Below are positions 24,274 through 35,894 of a stretch of 64,000 nucleotides of DNA, one piece after another. The notes under the pieces are model-generated. The model searched no databases and was not told the DNA's origin. It saw only the letters and a list, made by a program, of their open reading frames with translations. Origin of the DNA: Lama guanicoe (taxonomy: Eukaryota); the NCBI GenBank assembly GCA_013239625.1, contig MU053379.1, forward strand, positions 3,020,866 through 3,084,865. Reading direction: 5' to 3'. The first letter of the stretch is position 1. Each line of letters starts with the position of its first letter. The position numbers and the translations under genes were made by a program.

Positions 24274-26760
24274 TGGGGTTCATCCCAGGGACACAAGGGT
24301 GGTTCAACATACGCAAATTGATCGATGTAATACATCACATCAACAAGAGAAAGGACAAAAACCACATGATCATCTCAATAGATGCAGAAAAAGCATTTGA
24401 TAAAATTCAACACCCATTTATGATAAAAACTCTCACCAAAGTGGGTATAGAGGGGACATATCTCAACATCATAAAAGCTACATATGACAAACCTACAGCC
24501 AGCATAGCACTCAATGGTGAAAAACTCAAAAGCTTCCCACTAAAGTCTGGGACAAGACAAGGCTGCCCACTATCACCACTCCTATTCAACACAGACTTGG
24601 GAGTCCTAGCCACAGCAATCAGGCAAGAGAGAGAAATAAAAGGGATCCAAATTGGAAAGGAAGAGGTAAAAGTGTCACTGTATGCAGATGACATGATACT
24701 ATATATAGAAAACCCTAAAAGGTCCACACAAAAACTACTAGAGCTGGTTGAAGAATTCTGCAAGGTAGCAGGTTACAAGGTTAATGTTCAAAAATCAGTT
24801 GCATTTCTTTACACTAATGATGAATCAACAGAAAAAGAAAGTAAAGAAACAATCCCCTTTAAAATAGGACCCGATGTCATAAAATACCTAGGAATAAATC
24901 TAACCAAGGAGGTGAAAGAATTATACACAGAAAACTATAAACCATTGATGAAGGAAATTAAAGAAGACGTTAAAAAATGGAAAGATATCCCATGCTTCTG
25001 GATTGGAAGAATCAATATCGTTAAAATGGTCACACTGCCCAAGGCAATCTATAGATATAATGCAATCCCTATCGAATTACCCAGGACATATTTCACAGAA
25101 CTAGAACAAATCATAATAAAATTTATATGGAAACATCAAAGACCTAGAATTGCCAAAGCATTACTGAAGAAAAAGAAAAAGGCTGGAGGAATAACTCTCC
25201 CAGACTTCAGACAATACTACAGAGCTACAGTGATCAAGACAGCATGGTATTGGTACAAAAGCAGACATATGGACCAATGGAACAGAATAGAGAGCCCAGA
25301 AACGAACCCACAAACTTTTGGTCAACTAATCTTTTACAAAGGAGGCAAGAATATACAATGGAATAAAGACAGGCTATTCAGCAAATGGTGTTGGGAAAAC
25401 TCGACAGCAGCATGTAAAGCAATGAAGCTGGAACACACTCTTACACCATACACAAAAATAAGCTCAAAATGGATCAAAGACTTAAACATAAGACAAGATA
25501 CAATAAACCTCCTAGAGGAAAATATAGGCAAAACATTATCTGACATATATCTCAAAAATGTTCTCCTAGGGCAGTCTACCCAAGCAATAGAAATAAAAGC
25601 AAGAAAAAAATGGGACCTAATTAAACTTACAAGCTTCTGCACAGCAAAGGAAACCATAAGTAAAACAAAACAACAACCTAAAGAATGGGAGAAAATTTTT
25701 ACAAATGAAACCGACAAAGACTTATCTCCAGAATATATAAGCAGCTCATACAACTTAATAAGAAAAAGAAAAAACCCAATCCAAAAATGGGCAAAAGACC
25801 TAAACAAGCAATTCTCCAAGGAAGAAATACAAATGATCGATAGGCACATGAAAAAATGCTCAATATCACTAATTATCAGAGAAATGCAAATCAAAACTAC
25901 AATGAAGTATCACCTCACACCAGGCAGAATGGCCATCATTCAGAGGTCCACAAATGACAAATGCTGGAGAGGCTGTGGAGAAAAGGGAACCCTCCTACAC
26001 TGCTGGTGGGGATGTAGTTTGGTGCAGCCACTGTGGAAAACAGTATGGAGATTCCTCAAAGGACTAGGAATAGACCTACCGTATGACCCAGGAGTCCTGC
26101 TCCTGGGCATATATCCAGAAGGAACCTACTTCAAAAAGACAGTTGCACCCCAATGTTCATAGCAGCACTATTTACAGTAGCCAAGACATGAAAACAGCCT
26201 AAATGTCCATCAACAGCTGACTGGATAAAGAAGAGGTGGTATATTTATACAATGGAATACTATTCACCCATAAAAAAACAATATAACGCCATTTGCAGCA
26301 ACATGGATGTTCCCGGAGAATGTCATTCTAAGTGAAGTAAGCTAGAAAGAGAAAGAAAAATACCATATGAGGTCGCTCATATGTGGAATCCAAAAAAAAA
26401 AAAAAAGAAAGAAAGAAAGAAAGAAAAAAAGAACATAAATACAAAACAGAAACAGACTCAGACACAGAATATAAACTTGTGGTCGCCAAGGGTGGGAAGG
26501 GACAGACTGGGAGTTCAAAATTTGTAGATACTGACAGGCATATGCAGAATAGATAAACAAGGTTATATTGTATAGCACAGGGAAATATATACAAGATCTT
26601 GTGGTAGCTCACAGCGAAAAAAATGTGACAATGAATATATATATGTTCATGTATAACTGAAAAATTGTGCTCTACATTGGAATTTGACACAATATTGTAA
26701 AATGACTATAACTCAATAAAAAAGTTTTAATAAAATAAAATTCATATCCAGTTTAAAAAA
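24274..26760 (+). mobile_element. Young 5'-truncated L1 (ORF2 RT and C-terminal domain, 3'UTR, A tail); non-autonomous
   Basis: 630-aa ORF with RT motifs QGCPLSP and YADD (24681-24692) and the [18 protein letters not shown] motif. Perfect 16-bp TSD aagaatgcctacttga at 24258-24273 and 26761-26776 at a tttt/aaga site. No 5'UTR, ORF1 or EN domain; frameshift near 26125. Confidence 0.95.
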
Positions 26761-28910
26761 AAGAATGCCTACTTGAACAGATCTGATCTCTCTAGATATT
26801 TGGTAACTTAAAATTCTAGAGTTGTGCTGGATCAGGTTACACGATGGAAGGTTACTGAGCAGCTAGGTCATTCTCAGAGAACTAAGATGCTGGAAACATT
26901 GATCGCTGAACACTGGTTTCCCCTCACAGAGAAACGAGAGGCATCTATGACTATTACTAAAAATATGTGGTGCCACACTGAGATATTTCCGATAAGAAAG
27001 CACATGTTTTTTAAAAATTATTATTGGTATTTACGTTTGCCAATTTACAGAATGCTAATGTAGAAGACAGTTCATAATTGCCTATTTATTTCTTAGCAAA
27101 ATTAAGGTTTTAAGAGTTTTGAGAGTTCTAATTTAAATATGTAATTAAAGCTACTAGAAATAATAAAGGAAACATTTCAGTATACAGTAGGTAAATAGGG
27201 TGTAAAAGAAGGTATAAACAATGGAATTGCATTTTCTTACCTAGAGTTGATTGTTTCCAGATGGAAGAATTAAGGGACAAAATTAAACTTACATGGACAC
27301 AGAAAGTGATGGAAGGTTTGTGGAACAAGGAACCATGAAAAAAGAGTTCTGTACATGGTCAGGTTTGGCTAAGCTTAGATATAATTTAATTAAGTAAATG
27401 GATTTTGTCGTTACAAGTAAGCTGGTACAAGACTGGAGTCTGATTTTCTCTCTGTTAAGAGAACCAAGTTTTCTTGGGGTGCTAACAGATTGTGTGAGCT
27501 CCTGTGCCTTTACACGATTTGTATCTGTTTTTTGAAATCTTTGTCACTTAAGTTGAGTGAATAAGTATTGTTTCACAGTGACCTCATGTGTTTTAAAAAT
27601 CTTCTTGATATTTTTAAAACTTCCCAAATATCCAACTTTAGAGTTCTTTTAATCTCCAGCTGACTCTGGGATGCTTGCTTCAAAGGAACCCTGAGGCACC
27701 TTAGAGTGGAATATTAAACCAGTTAGGCTTATCTGATGTGTTCAATTACTTTAGAAACACTGTCAAGTTACTGGAGATGAAACTTAGGTTACATTGTATG
27801 GATAAATGCCATTAATATAGATATTCCATAATTTATATGGAATTCCAAAAAAAATCTGATATATCCTGGTATAATGTTATCAGTCATAATCCTAGTTATT
27901 ATCTTAACATGTTATATGTCACAGAAATATCCCACTTTCTTGTCAACTGCATTATAATCAGATCTTTAACCAGGCCATTTTAAGTCTTGTCATTTATCGA
28001 CAGTCATTGCTTTACTCTGATGCTTTTGTAAAATGAAGATCTTCAAGAAAATTCATAAAAGGGACTTTCTGACAAATAAAAGCTTCTGATAACTTATAAA
28101 TCATACCACTGAACTGAGTAAAAATTACAAAACTCCAATGGAAAACCTGATGACTTCCTCCAGCTCAAAAGGAATTCATTACATGGGACCGAATGAATTG
28201 ATAAGTATGATTTATAACTTTACGACTCTGGGGGAAACAGACTGGCTTTCAGTCTTCGTTTTTCAGAAAAACCCTTCCTCTTATGCTATGACCTGCAACA
28301 AGTTGATAAAGAATACCTTTGTAAACAAAGATGAAACATTTATCTTTTTCCCTCTATCTGATCCTTCCAGAATTTGGCTTCTCCAGCTGGCTTTCCTGTG
28401 GACTTGATGGTTTATTGCAACCAGATTGCTACTATTTACACTAATCATTGTTCTAATTTGTCTTTTTTTCCCAAATTGTCTATGCTTTGTGTCTCTCTCT
28501 GCTGCACTATGACTTTATCAGCGTCACTAGCTGCATTACTTGTAACCTGTCTGTTTTACAAGACTGTTGTCTCCTACATCACCCAGTGTGGAACCAGGCC
28601 TCCAACAGAACTGACTACGGCTAAACGCCTTGGGGGCGCAGAGCCACTCACAACGCTACACAGAGTGACTGTAACAGTGTGATTCTAGGGACGGGAAGAA
28701 GCAACGGGGGAAATCTTTCCCAGATCCTAATAGATTAGTGAGCCAAGTGATCCCACAGAAGTTTAGATCATCTACAGAGTCTGATCCGAAAAGCAGCACT
28801 TGGAGCGGCCTGTCAACAGAACCTTCTTCGCCTGATCTAGGAATGGGACAAAAACTGGTCATGAGATGTCTGCCAAAACATTGGTGGAATTTAGGACCAA
28901 GGGGGAGCAC

Positions 28911-29415
28911 TGTGAATGAAAACATTGCCAGCCATCTCAGTAAACAAAGGATGCTGCAGCCATCAAGCCGCCACCACCGCCCCAACGGTGAGCCCTGAGG
29001 GAACCAGGATGGGGACAAACAGGATGCGTGGGCCAAGCCCTCAGCAACCCTACAACAGTGCCCCCCGAGGGGACTCAGGATGGGAGAGAACAGGATATTG
29101 ACCCTAGACAGCTGAGGTGCACATCAAAGGAATGATTTCAGTGAGCCCAGACTCGTACACCTTCCCGTACATGGAAAAGCGCTAAATGCTTAACTTGAGA
29201 TGTCTGGTTTTCTTTAATTAACAGTAATCTTTTGATGTTCCGACTATTTGGTCTTTGCTGTAAAAACTCCTGTGTATCCTGGCTGCTCCTCTGCCTCTTC
29301 GGAGATGTCCCTCAGAGCGATCTGAGAGGCTGCCTCCCAGGCTTGAAGTCCTCAGGAGTCCACCAAATAAAACATAATTCTCAATTTTCAGGCTGCGCAT
29401 TTTCTTCAATCAACA
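28911..29415 (+). mobile_element. ERV1-class 3' LTR (artiodactyl family, not named)
   Basis: Starts TGTGAATG just after the PPT and ends ...caatcaaCA. AATAAA at 29366-29371. Confidence 0.8.
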
Positions 29416-29429
29416 TCTTAAAGGGACAC

Positions 29430-29705
29430 AAAGAAGAAGTACTTCTTTTTTCTGCCTCAGGACGTCGCTCTGTCCAGGTGCAATGCCTGCAGTGCATTTT
29501 GCCACTCGGGGGACAAACCTGCACACAGGAGACATGAGGAGTGCAAAGCAGTGGGGAGGAGGAGCGAGTGTGGACCCTCCAGTCACTGAGCTGCTGCACC
29601 TGCTGGCTCCCGGGCTTTGCACAGGAGAAAAAATTCTTTACCATTTATGTTTGTTTATATTTCAGCTTTGTGTTACCTGTAACCAAAAACATCCCTGTAG
29701 ATACT
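29430..29705 (+). mobile_element. 3' half of an old MLT1 (MaLR) LTR
   Basis: ggacgtcgctctgtccaggtgcaatgcctg...cactgagctgctg...tgtgttacctgtaaccaaaaacatcc resembles MLT1K/L 3' ends. Confidence 0.5.
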
Positions 29706-30094
29706 GAAGTGAAATCTGACAGAATAACTGACAGGTTGTAAAAGTTACATTCACCCCACTTCATTTCTAAAGATGAGTGAGTTTCATTTCTTTACACCTG
29801 TGGTAAACTAGGTGCAGAAAGTAAAATTCTTAGACGTCAGAAAGATGTTAACACTTTGCTGTCTGGGACTGATGGTCCATCTGTAAAAGTGACTCTGATA
29901 AAGATATATTCCACATGCCTAGAGCTAAAGCTTTAAAAAGTGAGCTGCTTTTATTTTAAACATTGTTGATACACATCTCTCAAATGCAGGATTCTAAAAC
30001 TTTGTTGTTAATAGATATCAAATGCCAATACAATAAAACAAAATACATACACCAACAAAATATAATGTTCAAATCAAGTGTGTTTCATACACAT

Positions 30095-30285
30095 TTATTT
30101 ATTACTTTTATTGAAGTACAGATGATGTAAATATTATATGTTACGGGTGTACAATATAGTGATTCACAATTTTTAAAGGTTATATTCCACTTATATTTAT
30201 TATAAAATCCTGGCTATATTCCATGTTGTACAATATATCCTTGTAGCTTAATTTATACATAATAGACTGTACATTTTAACATACC
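30095..30285 (-). mobile_element. L1 3' terminal fragment (sense to RALGAPA2)
   Basis: ttttattgaagtacag...gtgtacaatatagtgattcac...ggctatattcc..gttgtacaatatatccttgtagctta is the reverse complement of an L1 3' end. Confidence 0.75.
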
Positions 30286-33022
30286 TAATTCTTTTGTAGA
30301 AATCCAGTTTCATCAGAATTTTTAAGGCAATGCACAGCTGCTGCCACTTCTCTCGCTCTGAACTGGGGCTGGCCTCTGTTACAGTCAAGCCCACTCACTA
30401 GGGAAAGAGCAGGAGGTGGAAATAAAACGGGCAAAGTAGGAGCCCAGCGGCAGCTCCCCTCCACTTCTAGCAGCTGGGAAGCAGAGAGCTGGGGGGCAGA
30501 CAAAGCCACCTTGCGTCAAGTAATTATTATCAGCCACCATCATAACGGCTTACGAAAGAGCTTTGTACGCATTACCTCAAACCTCCAACAGCCCGAGGAA
30601 GCGGCCACTGTGACACCGCGAGGGGAGGATCAGAGAGGTTAGGTCCCTGCCAGAACTCAAACCCGGGCTCCCACGCTGCCTTCCTAATTAAGTCTAGTAT
30701 CAGGGGAAGGGGATGGAGGAGGCCCAGAGAGGCATGCCTGGAAATACGATTTTTCTAAGAACACAAGGGAGCTGCTGGGAGCACCCCTGGCCTGGTCCCC
30801 CCTCGTTGCAGCAGCGAGTGGTGAAGAGGAGGCAGCCTGGGACCCCCGTGGCCAGCGGGCCATGGGAGCGAGGGCGCTGGGCCACAAGACGGGCCCACAC
30901 GGCAGCCCGAGCTTGCGCCAGCGCGGAGACGGGCCTGCCATGTCCCCCCAGAGTCTAGCAAGCGGCAAAGCGCAGGCACGCTGGAAAGGGCCCCGACGCT
31001 GACTGAAGTGGAGATCAGCCAGTGGCTGAAAAGCAGCGAGCACAGGAAGCTGCTGATGGGTCAGCGCGATGTCGATATGTCCCCATGAGCCACTGCGGCG
31101 TTTCTGGCTCAACCAGGACCCAGTCTGAGCTTCTGACTGTGTTTCTTAATGGAAAGGCCTGAGGGAGTCTTGATCCTTGGCTCAGTGTTCACTGAAAAGA
31201 CTCGGGGTTTATGACCCAACGCTGCTACTGAGTGTGCGCTGAAGGGGGTTCTGTTCCACCGGTTGGTGACCAGCCCATGTTTAAGCAGAATTTAACATGT
31301 GTTGAGGCCACCAGGTCTTGGAAATGAATTGTGACGTGACTGGAAATGGCATCACCTTCTTGCACTGTGAGGTGTCACAGCTTTGCGCATTCCTACTCAG
31401 CGCAAGCTAGACACCGGGACAGAGGCAATTCCTTCCTGCCCAGTTGTGTCCTTTTTCTACCCTTTTCAGTAAATGACACTTACAGACATAGCTTTCCCTA
31501 AAGACAGCAAAAGTCCTCTGTACCCAGATCACTACAAGGCATGATGTACAATGTACGTGTTATTACAGAAGAGGTTTAATTGCAGTGCTGGGCAGAGGAA
31601 ACTTAGATTGTTTTCTGTTTTTAGGGCATTTTAGTCTTGGTAAAGATACTATTTTGTGTATTGTTTGGGTCTTGAATATTCCTCAAGGTTGAAAAGTAAG
31701 ACAAGTTTAGAGGAAATTACAGCCAGTGTCACATCTGTTGAATTGTTCTTTTCTTTTAATGGTAAATAGCCAGGCTTTGGGGAAAAAAAAAACTTTCCAA
31801 AACACTCTGGGAGCTTTTTTTGCGCAAATAAATAATAGTTTTGTAGTTTTTTCTGGTTATAAAATTTTACATACTCATTATAAACATTTGAATAATATGA
31901 ATAAGCAAAAAGTGATTTCAGTATGAAAACACTGATTCGGACTGTGCAGCCCCGACGGCCGCCATTTAAGCGTCGGTGACCGTGCTCTCTGGACCTGCTG
32001 TGGCTCGTGTGTGATCTGTGTCTTCGGCATAAACACACTTTTACATGAACAGTCATTTAACATGACACTCTTATTTTTGACCCAACACGCCCTGGACACT
32101 TTTCACATCGGTGAGTGAAGACACTTAACACGATACTTAGGTGGCCCTGCCGTGCTCCGCCAGTCTCATGCTACAAAGTACCCAGCCCCGCACTTCAGGC
32201 TGGCAGCTTCAGGCCTCCCCATGCCATCGGCAGCCCCCGGCCTGGGGAGAAGGGTGGCTGCCCAACAACCAGAAGGGTCTTTGGTTTCTTGGGTCAGGGA
32301 TGCGGCAGGCCTGACAGTGTTTGCGGCTGCTGACAGGGTGGGGAGAGTGATGACTTTCTGGAGGTAAAGAGAGGGGAGGCCATCTCAGGCTTCGCTGAGT
32401 TAATTTCACAGAAAGGCCACCCTTTTACCCTGTCTTGGAGGAAGGTCATTCCACTTGCAAGCTGGCTCTGGTGGCATAAATAAGCCAACTCTGGGTCCCC
32501 TTTTGCGCTTCTTCTACCAGCTCTCTCTTGCGTACTTTAAAAAATGTTATTTCCAGGTGTGCGTCCCTGCACCTCCTCCACCACTATCAGACTGTTACTA
32601 TCAGACTCCAGCGTGTGGAGAGCGGACACAGGCGTCACCCTCAGGAGGACAGCAGCAGCAGCGGGGACCTGGCTAATGCAGTCGGTAAACACGTTTTCAA
32701 CTGTAAGTCTGCATATCAGCTTATTAGTGAAGAGTGACATTTAAACGCTGGGCCTTGTCATTTCTTCACATCACATGACTTATGCACACATGTATCTGAA
32801 CATGTATTATAATTTTTCCTGTTAACATGTAGGAACTCTTTATATATTGGGGATATAACTATTTCTTCTAAGTTTCAGATATTTCTCCAGTTCATAATTT
32901 ACTGTCACTTCAATTAAAGGTGACATGTTTGTGTGTGTATATGTATATTTATTTATTTATTTTAGGAGCAGGAAAAAAGGAATGGAACTATTCTCTCAAA
33001 AAGAAGTATCTGCAACATCACA

Positions 33023-33024
<2 letters not shown>

Positions 33025-33067
<43 letters not shown>
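33025..33067. repeat. (CA)21 microsatellite
   Basis: Perfect CA run seen directly. Confidence 0.95.
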
Positions 33068-33069
<2 letters not shown>

Positions 33070-33914
33070 GAGACCAGGTGATCCTTTACCTCCACTCTGG
33101 GAGCTCAGCATGCGCTCCACTACACCAAGCCTATCCGGTCCAGACACGCCCTCATCTGATCAGACAACCATCCATGAGCAAAGAGGTGTACACTATTTGT
33201 ACCGGAAATGTAACACAGAAATAAAACATGCTGGCCACTTTAAGAAGCTGTAAAGCAGCAACACATGCCATCAGCCGCCCTCTCTTCCACGCAGCCCTGA
33301 AAACACTACCAAAGGCTTCGCTGGGAGAACTCCCACCACTAGTTACAACAGGCCCTTTCTGAGGGATGGAAACTCAGTTTGGGTTTTTGAAAATTTACAA
33401 TAATGTCTCTCTGATTCTGTTCCCATGAAAAGGTATCTGGGGGACGTGCCTAAGCCCCCCTCAAGCCTGTCCTTACCAACTGCCCCCCGGCCCTGCCGCC
33501 CCTCACCGACTCCCCCAGGCAGGGTTTCCCCAACCCCCCCTCCAGCTGGCCCACAGAGGCAGTCCTTTCTTACAGCTCATCCCTCAGGATTCAGGGTGGG
33601 TCTGGTCACGAGTGCAAGCACACAGGGAGAACGGGAGAGGGCTCTCTCAGGAGACCTTGATTCATGAGCTTGAATCCCTGCTTTAATGATGGAAACTTCC
33701 AGCTGGTGAAAACAATCTTTGGGGCAGGGAAGCTTTCAGATATTTTTCACAACATCCACACAGGTGCCTGCTGTCTCCCACAGACTCAGATCCATCTATG
33801 TGGAAATCACGCTTTTGGTTTTTCAGAATGCAAGCCCAGATAAGCCCAGCGCTGCGTGTAATGCCTGGCACGTGGCTGGTGGTGGATAAAAAATAACTGT
33901 TAAATGAATAAGGG

Positions 33915-34135
33915 GCCTCTGGAGCCAGCTGCCTGGGTTCACGCCCTAACTCTATCACTTACGAGCTGTGCAACCTCGGGAAATGTGTTCACCTTCTCTG
34001 GGTCTCAACTGTAAAATGGGGACGGTGATACTTCCTACCCCACTGGGGAGAGGAGGAAACTGGTCAACACATGCAGAGTATGTCCAGCAGGGCCTGGCAC
34101 AGGGAAAGCGCTGATTAAACGCTGCGTCTTATTAT
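33915..34135. mobile_element. MIR SINE
   Basis: ctctggagccagctgcctgggttca...cacttacgagctgtgcaacctcgggaa...tctctgggtctcaactgtaaaatggggac core. Other MIR relics at ~9090-9270, 30520-30690, 37820-37990, 51380-51560 and 54660-54950. Confidence 0.75.
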
Positions 34136-34470
34136 TACAAATATGGAAGCCTCTCACCAAGAGAAATCCAGACGTACAAAAAGCTATTCATGTTCTCGAC
34201 GCCATTTGGCGTCAACGCCATTTAGCAGACATTTAGTTAAGACATTATTGAGCACAGACATTGCTTAGCATCGACGCCACTTAGCGGGAGACACCAGGCA
34301 GCACACACGTGAGTGAAACACGAAGCCAAGGGGCTGCCAACGCCACGCAAAAGGCACAAAACACCACGGGGATCCTGAGGAAAGACCCTTCCGAGAAAGG
34401 GACAAGGACAGTTGCCGGGGAAGAATTTTACGTGGCAGGACGGCCGACACCTCCCGGGAAAAGGGATGGC

Positions 34471-34850
34471 GTGTTAGTTTGGGTTCTCTGAGAAGCAGAC
34501 ACCAAGAGAAGATGGAAGTGCAGGAGGTTTCCCGAGGGAACTGCCTGTGAAGGAGATGGGGACAGCCCTGAGAAGGGGGAGGCCCCCACGGCGAGGCCTG
34601 GCCCCTGCACAGAGGGGCCAGCGCTGTTCTGAGAGGCTGTGGGTCAGGCCAATGGGGAGCCCTCCGGCCAGAGTCACCCTCTGAAGGCAGTGGGGCCTGG
34701 AAGGAACAGGCCACTTGCTCAGTAACGGGCTGGGAGGAGCCCAAGAGAAGCTGGGCTTGGGCTGTGCAGCGCTGGTGACCGGGGCAGCAGGGGGCCGGGG
34801 CTCAGCCGTGCTCCCGGCAGCAGAGCTGAGGGGCACAGAGGCTCCCACAG
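34471..34850 (-). mobile_element. LTR16C-like ERVL LTR remnant
   Basis: tgttagtttgggttctctgagaagcagacaccaaga...aggccaatggggagccct...ccagagtcaccc resembles the recalled LTR16C consensus. Confidence 0.55.
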
Positions 34851-35800
34851 CGACACCAGCAAGGTCACGAGTACCTTGTGTGTCCTGGAACGCACAGTGG
34901 AGGTCACTAAATAAGTGCCATCACGGCAAATTAAGCACAAGACAGCATCAACGGGCCCCTTATCCTTTCCAAAAGGGATTTTTTCAAACTCAGCCACAAC
35001 TACGAAAGTGAAGTCAAAGTACATATTCACTGTTAAAGATTACAACTACTTTTAAAACAGTGTTCAGTATCTTTCAGATGTGGTTTCAGTTTCTAAACCA
35101 ATGTAAAAGACATAAAGTGGTTAAGAAACATCTCTTTTCCTAAAAATCAAAATTAAAACCCTGAAATGAGGGTTCAGAACTAGCTCGGGAACAAAGCTCT
35201 ATGGAGAGTCTAGAAGGTAAATCCCTTATCAACTGGTTGCTTAAGGCAGCAATCTGATCAAATGAGAACAGGAGAAACCATTCTGCAAAGGTATCAAGTG
35301 CCCCCTGAGTATGAAATGCCAGTACAGCCAAGTTGCCTCTCATGTGAGGCTGAGTCACTTAGGGGGAAAAATGGAGAAAATCAAAATTAACTTTAAACAC
35401 TAGAGCCACACCCGGCAGGGAAGACGTTCCACGGTGATAGGCACGAAGGGAAGAAGGCCACTGAGGACACAGCAACTTCCCCGGTCCCACCTCATGCCAG
35501 TCGGGGCACATGGCCAGAGTGGGTCAGCACCGCACCACTTAAACGGTCCCCTTCTATTACATACATTTATATATACACGCGTGCACACCGCACTTACTTA
35601 CACGTGCACCTTTCTCCCTTCCAGCCAAGCGTTCAGCTCACAGGTTAAATCGCATTTACGAGATCACCCCCACAAACACACACAGTTACAGGGCTTCCTT
35701 TGTTTTAAGAGGAGACCCGGCACAGGAGAGGGAGCAGCACTTGCTCGGTTCCTATTACCACACCCGCGAGAAGAGCAGTCGGCAGCGGGCCTTCCCACGC

Positions 35801-35894
35801 ACCATCACAGAAAACACAGGGACCATCACAGAAAACACAGGGGCCATCGCAGAAAACACAGGGGCCATCGCAGAAAACACAGGGGCCATCGCAG
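35801..35894. repeat. 21-bp minisatellite, ~4.5 copies (RCCATCRCAGAAAACACAGGG)
   Basis: Units start at 35801, 35822, 35843, 35864 and 35885 (partial), with no spacers. Confidence 0.95.

Larger units (their letters stand above)
20740..28910 (+). mobile_element. Decayed ERV1-class (MER4-group-like) internal region, interrupted by a solo LTR and an L1; 5' LTR not found
   Basis: PBS-like gaccagttacgaaggcaccc near 20750, donor-like GGGTGAGT near 20875, and a long AT-rich non-coding interior. An env TM-tail-like remnant lies at ~28500-28630. Polypurine tract aggaccaagggggag sits just before the LTR at 28911. The left boundary is approximate. Confidence 0.7.

Noticed and set aside
24270..26162. Active retrotransposon or novel reverse-transcriptase system
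   Set aside because: Ordinary L1 ORF2. It is 5'-truncated (no promoter, ORF1 or endonuclease), frameshifted, and has no associated partner genes.
22214..29415. The two LTRs as the 5' and 3' LTRs of one provirus
   Set aside because: Their sequences are unrelated. The first has its own TSD, with ERV-interior-like sequence on both sides and no PBS after it.
35801..35894. CRISPR-like array or His/Arg-rich protein (ORF 35434-35946)
   Set aside because: Head-to-tail repeats without spacers in a mammalian intron; the HRKHRG peptide is just the 21-bp unit translated.
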